Positions 18,349 through 26,015 of a DNA stretch of 31,790 nucleotides are shown here, piece by piece. The stretch comes from a virus. Its lineage: Duplodnaviria > Heunggongvirae > Uroviricota > Caudoviricetes. The DNA lies in IMG/VR virus record IMGVR_UViG_3300008069_000054, positions 1 through 31,790 of that record, one strand, 5' to 3'. The notes under the pieces are model-generated. The model was not told where the DNA came from and searched no databases. It saw nothing but the letters and a program-made list of their open reading frames with translations. Position 1 is the stretch's first letter; every line of letters starts with the position of its first letter. A program made the position numbers and the translations under genes.

Positions 18349-19422
18349 TTACGCTCCCGGCTCTGCGGTCGCCTTAGCCGGTGTGGAGAAATCACCGACC
18401 TTGATTTTTTCCACCAGACAACCGGCGGCGTAGTCTTCCACCACGTAATCAATGTTCATTGACTCGTAGTTCTCCACGCGGTCGAGTTTCGGGTTTTCCA
18501 CAATCACGCGGCGATGGCTGTCATCCATGTAGTAGATAGACAGGTTTTCCAGCTTCGTGATGAGCATCGCATCCGCCGGGAAGTACGGGACGCGTACCGC
18601 TGGCAGGTTACCGATGCGTTTCTGGCTGATGATGACGTCAGCAGCCAGCATTTCGCTGTTATCCTGCTCCCTGTTGACGATGGGGAAATACTTGTCCGCC
18701 AGTAGCTGACGCCCCACAATCACCACAAGGTCAGGGTCTTCCTGATACCACGGCTCAATCAGGTTGTTGGTCGCATCCATCACCAGTGCATCGAGGCTGG
18801 CATAATCACCGCCCTTACCCACGCGGATGACCTCAGAGGTGGTGCTGCCTTCCTCGTCAGTGACCTTGCTCATCACGCGAGCCGGGGCTTCATTGCGGTA
18901 TTTCTGCAGCCAGCCGACCGCCACATCCTGCAGCATCGGATTGCTGCTGCGGTCAGAGGTTTCGGCACGCTTCACGCCGTTAAAACCGGCCATGATGAAA
19001 TCAAGGGACTGGCGTTTGATAATGGCGTTACGGATACGGAGCTGGAAATCCTGATAACGCGCCCACAGGTCCAGCGTTTTGTAGCGGATATAAAAATCGA
19101 AGTTAATCTGGTCGCATTCGTACTTGTTTGACGCCAGCTTCGAGAAGTCCTTCGGCTGACGCTCGGTGCCACCGGCGGTGTCGGTGGTGCTGGCGATGGA
19201 GCCGGTGACACCAATACCAATTTTTTCCCCTTTCATTTCGCTGACCGGCACAATGTTGATGCGGGTCAGAAAGTCAGAGGACTCCTGCATGGTGTTCATC
19301 AGGGTCTGGGTGACCGACGGTTCAACAGTGAATTTTTTCGACACATCACCGGCATCAATGCCGTTCAGTTCGGCAACACGGGACAGGTAAGCATTAAATT
19401 TAAAGCGGGTTTCCTGGCGCAT
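18349..19422 (-). CDS. N: Major capsid protein N
   Basis: 357 aa, same length and position as P2 gpN. Confidence 0.93.
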   Translation of the reverse strand: MRQETRFKFNAYLSRVAELNGIDAGDVSKKFTVEPSVTQTLMNTMQESSDFLTRINIVPVSEMKGEKIGIGVTGSIASTTDTAGGTERQPKDFSKLASNKYECDQINFDFYIRYKTLDLWARYQDFQLRIRNAIIKRQSLDFIMAGFNGVKRAETSDRSSNPMLQDVAVGWLQKYRNEAPARVMSKVTDEEGSTTSEVIRVGKGGDYASLDALVMDATNNLIEPWYQEDPDLVVIVGRQLLADKYFPIVNREQDNSEMLAADVIISQKRIGNLPAVRVPYFPADAMLITKLENLSIYYMDDSHRRVIVENPKLDRVENYESMNIDYVVEDYAAGCLVEKIKVGDFSTPAKATAEPGA

Positions 19423-19480
19423 AGTTTTTCCTGAAATTAAGGGTTAATCGTGAAGGTTTTCCCGGACTGACTGACGCCGG

Positions 19481-20335
19481 TCAGCAGTTCGTCATCAGGC
19501 CGTCACCGCCACCACCGGTGGCCTTGCTGCGGCGCTGCTGGGTCAGACTTTCGGTGTGGTCGAGACTGTTTTTCAGGCGGGTGAATGCCTGGCTGGTTTC
19601 ATCCGCCCTGTCAGTCACCGCCTGCTTAAGTGCGGAAAAGGCGGTTTCCATCTCAGCGAGGCGCTGCTCAGTGGCGCTCAGTTTTTCCTGCACATGTTCA
19701 GCAACAGCGGTCACCGCTTCATGCACGTCATTCAGACGGGCGTCATCGCTGGCCTGTTTGCGGCCAAAAATGGATTTCACCTTTTCGGTCAGGGCGGTGA
19801 ACACGGTTTCAGGCAGGTCTTCAAATTCCAGCTCAACGGGCGTTGCCACTGAAATCAGGTTTTCAGGGCTTAATTTGAAGCGGTTCAGAGGGTTGTGTTT
19901 TGCCGTGCGGCAGAATTCCAGGTATTCCGTGCCGAGGCTTGCCGGGTCATCGGTGACGGCCAGCCCCACCAGATAACATTTGCCGGTGTTGGCAAAGTTC
20001 GGCTGAATTTCCATTGAGGTGTAGACCTTCTGCGCGGCCTTGTTCATCGCGATAAGGTCATCGGTCGGGGTGATTTTCGCAAACAGCGCCCATTTGCCTT
20101 TCAGCGCCGAATCATCGTCAATCTTTTCGGCCTTCAGTTCGACCACATCGCCATAACGCTTAAAAATACCGTCAGGCAGGATGCCGCGCAGATGTTCCAG
20201 GTTAATGCGGCAACCATAGACTCGCGGGTCAAAGGTTTCGGCCATTTCCTGAATATCCTGCGCACTGATGACACGCCCGTCACAGGTGTCACCCTCAACG
20301 CCGATACGAAAGAATTTTGAGACTTTTTTTGCCAT
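19481..20335 (-). CDS. O: Capsid scaffolding protein O
   Basis: From the internal Met MAKKVSKFFRIGVEGDTCDGRVISAQDIQEMAETFDP... the protein is 284 aa, matching P2 gpO; the supplied ORF extends 22 codons upstream. Confidence 0.9.
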   Translation of the reverse strand: MAKKVSKFFRIGVEGDTCDGRVISAQDIQEMAETFDPRVYGCRINLEHLRGILPDGIFKRYGDVVELKAEKIDDDSALKGKWALFAKITPTDDLIAMNKAAQKVYTSMEIQPNFANTGKCYLVGLAVTDDPASLGTEYLEFCRTAKHNPLNRFKLSPENLISVATPVELEFEDLPETVFTALTEKVKSIFGRKQASDDARLNDVHEAVTAVAEHVQEKLSATEQRLAEMETAFSALKQAVTDRADETSQAFTRLKNSLDHTESLTQQRRSKATGGGGDGLMTNC

Positions 20336-20508
20336 TGTCAGGAGTCCTGAATAGTGATTAGAGGAGTCACATGTCGGCATCAGTTTCCCGACGATGCGCA
20401 TCCTCCGCCATCAGTCCCGGATGGCTTATCACTGACACAACAGCACCTTAGCGAATCGCGGGGCGCGACTCAGTAGCCTTGCCGTGTATTCATCACGGCG
20501 AGGTATTC
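20336..20508. promoter_or_regulatory. Divergent late promoter region (P_O leftward, P_P rightward; expected Ogr-dependent)
   Basis: About 170-bp intergenic region between the divergently transcribed O and P. In P2 this interval carries the two Ogr-activated late promoters. No motif was mapped confidently by eye. Confidence 0.55.
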
Positions 20509-22281
20509 ATGACCATCACCACAGACACCACTCTTTTACACGACCCGCGTCGTCAGGCGGCGCTGCTGTACTGGCAGGGGTTTTCCGTGCCGCAGATTGC
20601 CGCCATGTTGCAGATGAAACGCCCGACGGTGCAGAGCTGGAAACAGCGCGACGGCTGGGACAGCGTTGCCCCCATCAGCCGTGTCGAAATGAGTCTGGAA
20701 GCGCGGCTGACCCAGCTCATTATCAAACCGCAGAAAACCGGCGGTGACTTCAAGGAAATTGACCTGCTCGGACGCCAGATTGAACGACTGGCACGGGTAA
20801 ACCGCTACAGCCAGACCGGCAACGAGGCAGACCTTAATCCGAACGTCGCTAACCGCAACAAAGGCGGGCGGCGCAAACCGAAAAAGAATTTTTTCAGTGA
20901 CGAGGCTATCGAAAAGCTGGAGCAGATTTTCTTTGAGCAGTCTTTCGACTATCAGTTGCACTGGTATCGCGCCGGGCTTGAGCACCGCATCCGCGATATC
21001 CTGAAATCCCGCCAGATTGGCGCGACATTTTATTTTTCCCGCGAGGCGCTGCTGCGCGCCCTGAAAACCGGTCATAACCAGATTTTTCTGTCGGCCAGTA
21101 AAACGCAGGCGTATGTGTTCCGTGAATACATCATCGCCTTTGCCCGTCTGGTTGACGTTGACCTGACCGGTGACCCGATTGTCCTGGGCAATAACGGCGC
21201 AAAACTGATTTTTCTCGGCACCAACTCCAACACCGCACAGAGCCATAACGGTGACCTGTACGTCGACGAGATTTTCTGGATCCCAAATTTTCAGGTTCTG
21301 CGTAAGGTGGCATCAGGTATGGCCTCACAGAGTCACCTGCGCTCGACCTATTTCTCCACCCCGTCCACACTGGCGCACGACGCCTACCCGTTCTGGTCGG
21401 GTGAACTGTTCAACCGGGGACGCGCCAGCGCCGCCGAACGTGTGGAAATCGACGTCAGTCATAACGCCCTTGCCGGTGGGCTTCTCTGTGCGGACGGCCA
21501 GTGGCGGCAGATTGTCACCATTGAGGACGCCCTGAAAGGTGGCTGCACACTGTTCGACATTGAGCAGCTCAAACGCGAAAACAGCGCCGACGATTTTAAA
21601 AACCTGTTCATGTGTGAATTTGTTGACGACAAGGCATCGGTGTTCCCGTTCGAGGAGCTGCAACGCTGCATGGTCGACACGCTGGAAGAATGGGAAGACT
21701 ATGCACCGTTTGCCGCCAATCCGTTCGGCTCCCGCCCGGTATGGATTGGTTACGACCCGTCACACCGTGGCGACAGCGCCGGATGCGTGGTGCTGGCACC
21801 GCCGGTGGTGGCCGGTGGCAAATTCAGGATACTTGAGCGTCACCAGTGGAAAGGCATGGACTTTGCCACCCAGGCTGAATCCATCCGCAAACTCACCGAA
21901 AAATATAACGTCGAATACATCGGTATTGATGCCACCGGCCTCGGTGTCGGCGTGTTCCAGCTCGTGCGCTCGTTCTATCCCGCCGCGCGCGATATCCGCT
22001 ACACACCGGAAATGAAAACCGCAATGGTGCTCAAGGCAAAAGACGTTATCCGCCGTGGCTGTCTGGAATATGACGTCAGCGCCACCGACATCACCAGCTC
22101 GTTTATGGCTATCCGCAAGACCATGACCAGCAGCGGACGCAGCGCCACCTATGAGGCCAGTCGCAGCGAGGAAGCCAGCCACGCCGACCTCGCCTGGGCG
22201 ACCATGCACGCCCTGTTAAATGAGCCACTCACCGCCGGTATCAGCACCCCGCTGACATCCACCATTCTGGAGTTTTACTGA
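20509..22281 (+). CDS. P: Terminase ATPase (large) subunit P
   Basis: From the internal Met MTITTDTTLLHDPRRQAALLYWQGFSVPQIAAM... the protein is 590 aa, matching P2 gpP; the supplied ORF begins 10 codons upstream. Confidence 0.92.
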   Translation: MTITTDTTLLHDPRRQAALLYWQGFSVPQIAAMLQMKRPTVQSWKQRDGWDSVAPISRVEMSLEARLTQLIIKPQKTGGDFKEIDLLGRQIERLARVNRYSQTGNEADLNPNVANRNKGGRRKPKKNFFSDEAIEKLEQIFFEQSFDYQLHWYRAGLEHRIRDILKSRQIGATFYFSREALLRALKTGHNQIFLSASKTQAYVFREYIIAFARLVDVDLTGDPIVLGNNGAKLIFLGTNSNTAQSHNGDLYVDEIFWIPNFQVLRKVASGMASQSHLRSTYFSTPSTLAHDAYPFWSGELFNRGRASAAERVEIDVSHNALAGGLLCADGQWRQIVTIEDALKGGCTLFDIEQLKRENSADDFKNLFMCEFVDDKASVFPFEELQRCMVDTLEEWEDYAPFAANPFGSRPVWIGYDPSHRGDSAGCVVLAPPVVAGGKFRILERHQWKGMDFATQAESIRKLTEKYNVEYIGIDATGLGVGVFQLVRSFYPAARDIRYTPEMKTAMVLKAKDVIRRGCLEYDVSATDITSSFMAIRKTMTSSGRSATYEASRSEEASHADLAWATMHALLNEPLTAGISTPLTSTILEFY

Positions 22282-23315
22282 TGAGCAAGAAAAAAGGGAA
22301 AACACCGCAACCTGCGGTGAAAACAATGACCGCCAGCGCCCCGAAAATGGAGGCATTCACCTTTGGTGAGCCGGTGCCGGTACTCGACCGCCGTGACATT
22401 CTGGATTACGTCGAGTGCATCAGTAACGGCAGATGGTATGAGCCACCGGTCAGCTTTACCGGTCTGGCAAAAAGCCTGCGTGCTGCCGTACATCACAGCT
22501 CACCGATTTACGTCAAACGTAATATTCTGGCTTCAACGTTTATTCCGCACCCGTGGCTTTCCCAGCAGGATTTCAGCCGCTTTGTGCTGGATTTTCTGGT
22601 GTTCGGTAATGCGTTTCTGGAAAAGCGTTACAGCACCACCGGTAAGGTCATCAGACTGGAAACCTCACCGGCAAAATATACCCGCCGTGGCGTGGAAGAG
22701 GATGTTTACTGGTGGGTGCCGTCCTTCCATGAGCCGACACCTTTCGCGCCCGGCTCCGTGTTTCACCTGCTGGAGCCGGATATTAATCAGGAGCTGTACG
22801 GTCTGCCGGAATATCTCAGCGCCCTTAACTCTGCCTGGCTGAATGAATCAGCCACGCTGTTCCGCCGCAAGTATTACGAAAACGGCGCTCATGCCGGATA
22901 CATCATGTACGTCACTGATGCCGTGCAGGATCGCAACGATATCGAAATGCTCCGCGAAAACATGGTTAAGTCAAAAGGCCGCAACAACTTTAAAAACCTG
23001 TTTCTCTATGCCCCACAGGGAAAAGCCGACGGCATTAAAATTATCCCGCTCAGTGAAGTGGCGACGAAGGACGATTTTTTTAATATCAAAAAAGCCAGTG
23101 CCGCAGACCTGCTGGACGCGCACCGCATCCCCTTTCAGTTGATGGGCGGCAAGCCGGAGAACGTCGGGTCGCTGGGTGATATTGAGAAAGTGGCAAAGGT
23201 CTTTGTCCGCAATGAGCTTATCCCGTTACAGGACAGGATCCGCGAGATAAACGGCTGGCTCGGTCAGGAGGTCATCCGCTTTAAAAACTACTCACTGGAC
23301 ACTGACAACGGCTGA
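22281..23315 (+). CDS. Q: Portal (capsid vertex) protein Q
   Basis: 344 aa, same length as P2 gpQ; start overlaps the P stop (TGATG). Confidence 0.93.
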   Translation: MSKKKGKTPQPAVKTMTASAPKMEAFTFGEPVPVLDRRDILDYVECISNGRWYEPPVSFTGLAKSLRAAVHHSSPIYVKRNILASTFIPHPWLSQQDFSRFVLDFLVFGNAFLEKRYSTTGKVIRLETSPAKYTRRGVEEDVYWWVPSFHEPTPFAPGSVFHLLEPDINQELYGLPEYLSALNSAWLNESATLFRRKYYENGAHAGYIMYVTDAVQDRNDIEMLRENMVKSKGRNNFKNLFLYAPQGKADGIKIIPLSEVATKDDFFNIKKASAADLLDAHRIPFQLMGGKPENVGSLGDIEKVAKVFVRNELIPLQDRIREINGWLGQEVIRFKNYSLDTDNG

Positions 23316-23318
23316 ACA

Positions 23319-23342
23319 TCGCCGCCTGCGGGCGGCTTTTTT
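23319..23342 (+). terminator. Rho-independent terminator of the P-Q operon
   Basis: GCCGCC-tgcg-GGCGGC hairpin at about 23321-23336 followed by TTTTTT, starting 6 nt after the Q stop. Confidence 0.75.
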
Positions 23343-23448
23343 ACAGCCCGTCATCACGCCCTCACACACTCACCACCGCACAATCTAAACGCCATCACGA
23401 CGCGCTCAGACGCTGAAAAAATAAAATCAGCACCACCGCCAGCGCGCA

Positions 23449-23467
23449 GTGCTTTCCCCGCCTCGCC
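23449..23467. other. cos cohesive-end site (19-nt core)
   Basis: Plus-strand GTGCTTTCCCCGCCTCGCC is the reverse complement of GGCGAGGCGGGGAAAGCAC, which I recall as the P2 19-nt cohesive end. It lies in the ORF-free interval next to Q, as cos does in P2. From memory, not searched. Confidence 0.6.
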
Positions 23468-23586
23468 CGCCCGCTTCGTGGGACGATTTTAATGCAGTTG
23501 CCCGCATTAGCTGAATCCGCGCCAGAACAGACATTATGGATATGTCAATACGAACTTATTGACGTGCAAAATCATGCAATCAAGCG

Positions 23587-23613
23587 CAAAAAAAACCGCC
23601 TTCAAAGAGGCGG
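23587..23613 (-). terminator. Rho-independent terminator downstream of the kinase-HIRAN gene
   Basis: Hairpin ACCGCCT-tcaaag-AGGCGGT followed on the minus strand by a run of eight T (plus-strand A8 at about 23587-23594), about 20 nt after the stop of the 547-aa ORF. Confidence 0.8.
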
Positions 23614-23632
23614 TTTATGTTATCCCATTGGA

Positions 23633-25276
23633 TTAAGATCTACATTCAACTAAAAGGTACACTAATGGACGTTCTGGCGTCCCATTCTTCTTTGCAACAA
23701 AAGCAGATATTTTGTGTTTTGCTATTTTTTGCTTGAGTTTTTTACATAACACTTTGTTTATATAACCAAGTTTCCCGCTCTCATGAACAACAGCTATAGC
23801 ATGTGGATCAACCGGGTTATCCTCTTCAGGAACAAGCTTGACCAAATCACCGACCATTACTTTCGACAAATCAAGCCCTTCCTGATAACGAGTTCCTGCC
23901 ACTTCAAAAAGAAGCTCACCTTCACTATTAAGAATTTCTGGATCTGGCACCAAACAAAAACCATCGCCAGGTGATTTTGCTCCTGTATATCCTAACAGCG
24001 CAAAATCAGAGCCTTCAAATGGATGGGGGAGCAAATGTTGAGCCAGATACTCAGCAAAGTCTTTTCTTTTCCGTGGTGGTAAACGCCGAACAAACGGGTC
24101 AAGCACGTTGTTCGTATGTTCTTCACTTTTCAGACTAAATGCGGGATGTCCTGCAAACCCTTTCTCTTGGGCTTTAGCATAATCTTCTGACTGAAAATGG
24201 TATGTGAAGACGTAGTTATCCCCTTGCTGACGATCAATCTGACCAACAACATAACGAGTACCGCCTGTGGGTGGCTGCCATGTAAGAAGCAACCGAGTAG
24301 GCTCCATTATTCTGTTTATAGTACGCATATTTAGAATCAGTGATAACCTTAGGTATCTACGCCTCAATAAACGAATCGTCCAATCCGCTCGTTCCCTAGT
24401 GAACGGCACATCGGAGCTAATTTCGCAAAGTGAATCTATCTTGTCGACCAGTTCCTGAAAATCAAATTCAAGTCTCCGGGCCAAGTACGCTTTTGACTGC
24501 TCATCAAGAGCCAAATCCTGTATAGAAGAAATATGACCTAATCGTTCATGCGTGTCTGCCCGATTCTTCCGCAAATGATGACAACCACGCTGTATGTATT
24601 CATCTACATTTTGATGGTTCCATCCTCTGATCCTCTCTACATACCTTTCATGCCCCAAACTAGTACCATTATCGAAATATGGTGCGAGATATCCCTTCAC
24701 TTTAGGTGGCGTTATGCCTGGTGCAGATTCAGGTACAAAAACAAAACCCCAATTCTCTTGGTGTCTATCACTATTACCGATGAGCGCATCAAAAAGCAGC
24801 ATATCGTAAAGCCATTGGATCCAGTCTGGAGAGATCAGGCCGCGGATACTAAAAGCCCTACAAATTAAGCGTAGATCAACAAGGTTATGGTGTCTTCCGG
24901 AAGAGTCATCAAAATCCGATATCAACACATGAAAAAAATCAGACGCATGAACAAATAACTGGCTACTTTGATCGTAAAACCACTCAAGCAAAGCTCCATA
25001 TTCGTATTCACCGTTCTCCATCATTCTTCGCGCTGGCAATGCTTTAGGAACAGGAACGCCCATAACATCTCCAACTATATAAGCAACGGTTTCCATCCAG
25101 TACTGATCGGGATAAGCATCTCTTGAGAGTTTAAAAAGATAAGGCCATTCCGGTTTTATCCCCTCAGGAGCATCATTCGGTGACCAAAGCATTTTTTTAT
25201 CCCTCGCTCCTCGAGGAAAAATGCCATGCTCATCATCTTTACGCCAACTAGTTACATCTATTAAATTGATATCCAT
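23633..25276 (-). CDS. HipA-like Ser/Thr protein kinase fused to a C-terminal HIRAN domain (hotspot cargo; candidate defence or abortive-infection effector)
   Basis: 547-aa ORF. The motif LLFDALIGNSDRHQENWGF matches the HipA/CtkA-family catalytic loop (GNxDRHxxN). The C-terminal approximately 90 aa (GTRYQEGLDLSKVMVGDLVKLVPEEDNPVDPHAIAVVHESGKLGYINKV) matches the HIRAN pattern (G.ry...G..v.L..E..NpyDpnAi.V.....lGY). Strongly AT-rich DNA (about one third GC in hand-counted stretches). Replaces tin/old of P2. Confidence 0.7.
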   Translation of the reverse strand: MDINLIDVTSWRKDDEHGIFPRGARDKKMLWSPNDAPEGIKPEWPYLFKLSRDAYPDQYWMETVAYIVGDVMGVPVPKALPARRMMENGEYEYGALLEWFYDQSSQLFVHASDFFHVLISDFDDSSGRHHNLVDLRLICRAFSIRGLISPDWIQWLYDMLLFDALIGNSDRHQENWGFVFVPESAPGITPPKVKGYLAPYFDNGTSLGHERYVERIRGWNHQNVDEYIQRGCHHLRKNRADTHERLGHISSIQDLALDEQSKAYLARRLEFDFQELVDKIDSLCEISSDVPFTRERADWTIRLLRRRYLRLSLILNMRTINRIMEPTRLLLTWQPPTGGTRYVVGQIDRQQGDNYVFTYHFQSEDYAKAQEKGFAGHPAFSLKSEEHTNNVLDPFVRRLPPRKRKDFAEYLAQHLLPHPFEGSDFALLGYTGAKSPGDGFCLVPDPEILNSEGELLFEVAGTRYQEGLDLSKVMVGDLVKLVPEEDNPVDPHAIAVVHESGKLGYINKVLCKKLKQKIAKHKISAFVAKKNGTPERPLVYLLVECRS

Positions 25277-25285
25277 ATCTTACGG

Positions 25286-25837
25286 TTACCCAGCTAATGC
25301 ACGGAAAGCAGCACTAACATAAGCTACCTGAAACTTTGCATCTCGAAGCGCATGATGCGCATCAGTAACATTAATGGAAAAATTTGCCCTTACATCAATA
25401 TTCTTAAGGCTTTTAGCTAGTTCAACGATGGTACGCACGTCTCGATCATTTCGAAAACGCCATGGGATATTTTGCGCATGTTTACGGTAAACCGCTGCCA
25501 ATATAGCGTTATCAAAGCTTGCCCCATTCCCCCAAACTTGTACGTCATCGTTACTACGACTTCGTACAAATAGAGAAAATTCTTGTAAGGCTTCATGTAA
25601 GTCAACAGCAGACGGGTCATTAAAAACCGCCCTTGCAGAATCGCTTTGTATCATCCACCACTGTAAAGTTTTTGGGTCTACAAAACTATTTTCCAATGCA
25701 GATGATAGGGTTATAACTCTATAAAACTCATCCCCACACTTGCCAGTCAGAGGCTCAAAGAACACAGCGCCGATTGAAATCAAAGGAGCATCCATTGACA
25801 CACCTAATGTTTCTATATCGAGCATTAAATTATTCAT
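25286..25837 (-). CDS. DEDDh-type (DnaQ-like) 3'-5' exonuclease
   Basis: 183-aa ORF starting MNNLMLDIETLGV... (Exo I motif D-x-E), with HHALRDA near the C-terminus (Exo III H-x4-D, DEDDh subtype). It lies 9 nt upstream of the kinase-HIRAN gene on the same strand (operon). AT-rich. Confidence 0.7.
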   Translation of the reverse strand: MNNLMLDIETLGVSMDAPLISIGAVFFEPLTGKCGDEFYRVITLSSALENSFVDPKTLQWWMIQSDSARAVFNDPSAVDLHEALQEFSLFVRSRSNDDVQVWGNGASFDNAILAAVYRKHAQNIPWRFRNDRDVRTIVELAKSLKNIDVRANFSINVTDAHHALRDAKFQVAYVSAAFRALAG

Positions 25838-25906
25838 TTAACCTCCACCCCAGACATAGCTCAGGGAAACGTAACCTATTGAAATAACGAATCAAGTATT
25901 TGTCAC

Positions 25907-25934
25907 ATTCTATACTAAAACATTCGAATTCCAA
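25907..25934 (-). promoter_or_regulatory. Candidate sigma70 promoter for the exonuclease/kinase operon
   Basis: Minus-strand TTGGAA, 16-nt spacer, TAGAAT about 70 nt upstream of the exonuclease ATG. An alternative weaker promoter (TTCAAA ... TATACA) overlaps the LexA box itself. Assigned by eye only. Confidence 0.35.
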
Positions 25935-25977
25935 AACTTCAGCTTTTGCAACCCCTTACAAGTCAATTGATCCATAA

Positions 25978-25997
25978 TACTGTATACATACACAGTA
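25978..25997. promoter_or_regulatory. LexA box (SOS box) upstream of the cargo operon
   Basis: TACTGTATACATACACAGTA read directly; CTGT-N8-ACAG is perfect and 18 of 20 positions match the E. coli LexA consensus TACTGTATATATATACAGTA. Lies between the A stop (26016) and the exonuclease start (25837). Confidence 0.75.
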
Positions 25998-26015
25998 CTA
26001 CATTTGAAAAACAAA

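Noticed and set aside
20536-21246. 236-aa minus-strand ORF antisense to P
   Set aside because: Entirely inside the large terminase gene on the opposite strand; shadow ORF.
24548-24868. 106-aa plus-strand ORF antisense to the kinase-HIRAN gene
   Set aside because: AT-rich antisense ORF within the longer, domain-bearing 547-aa ORF; hydrophobic low-complexity translation.
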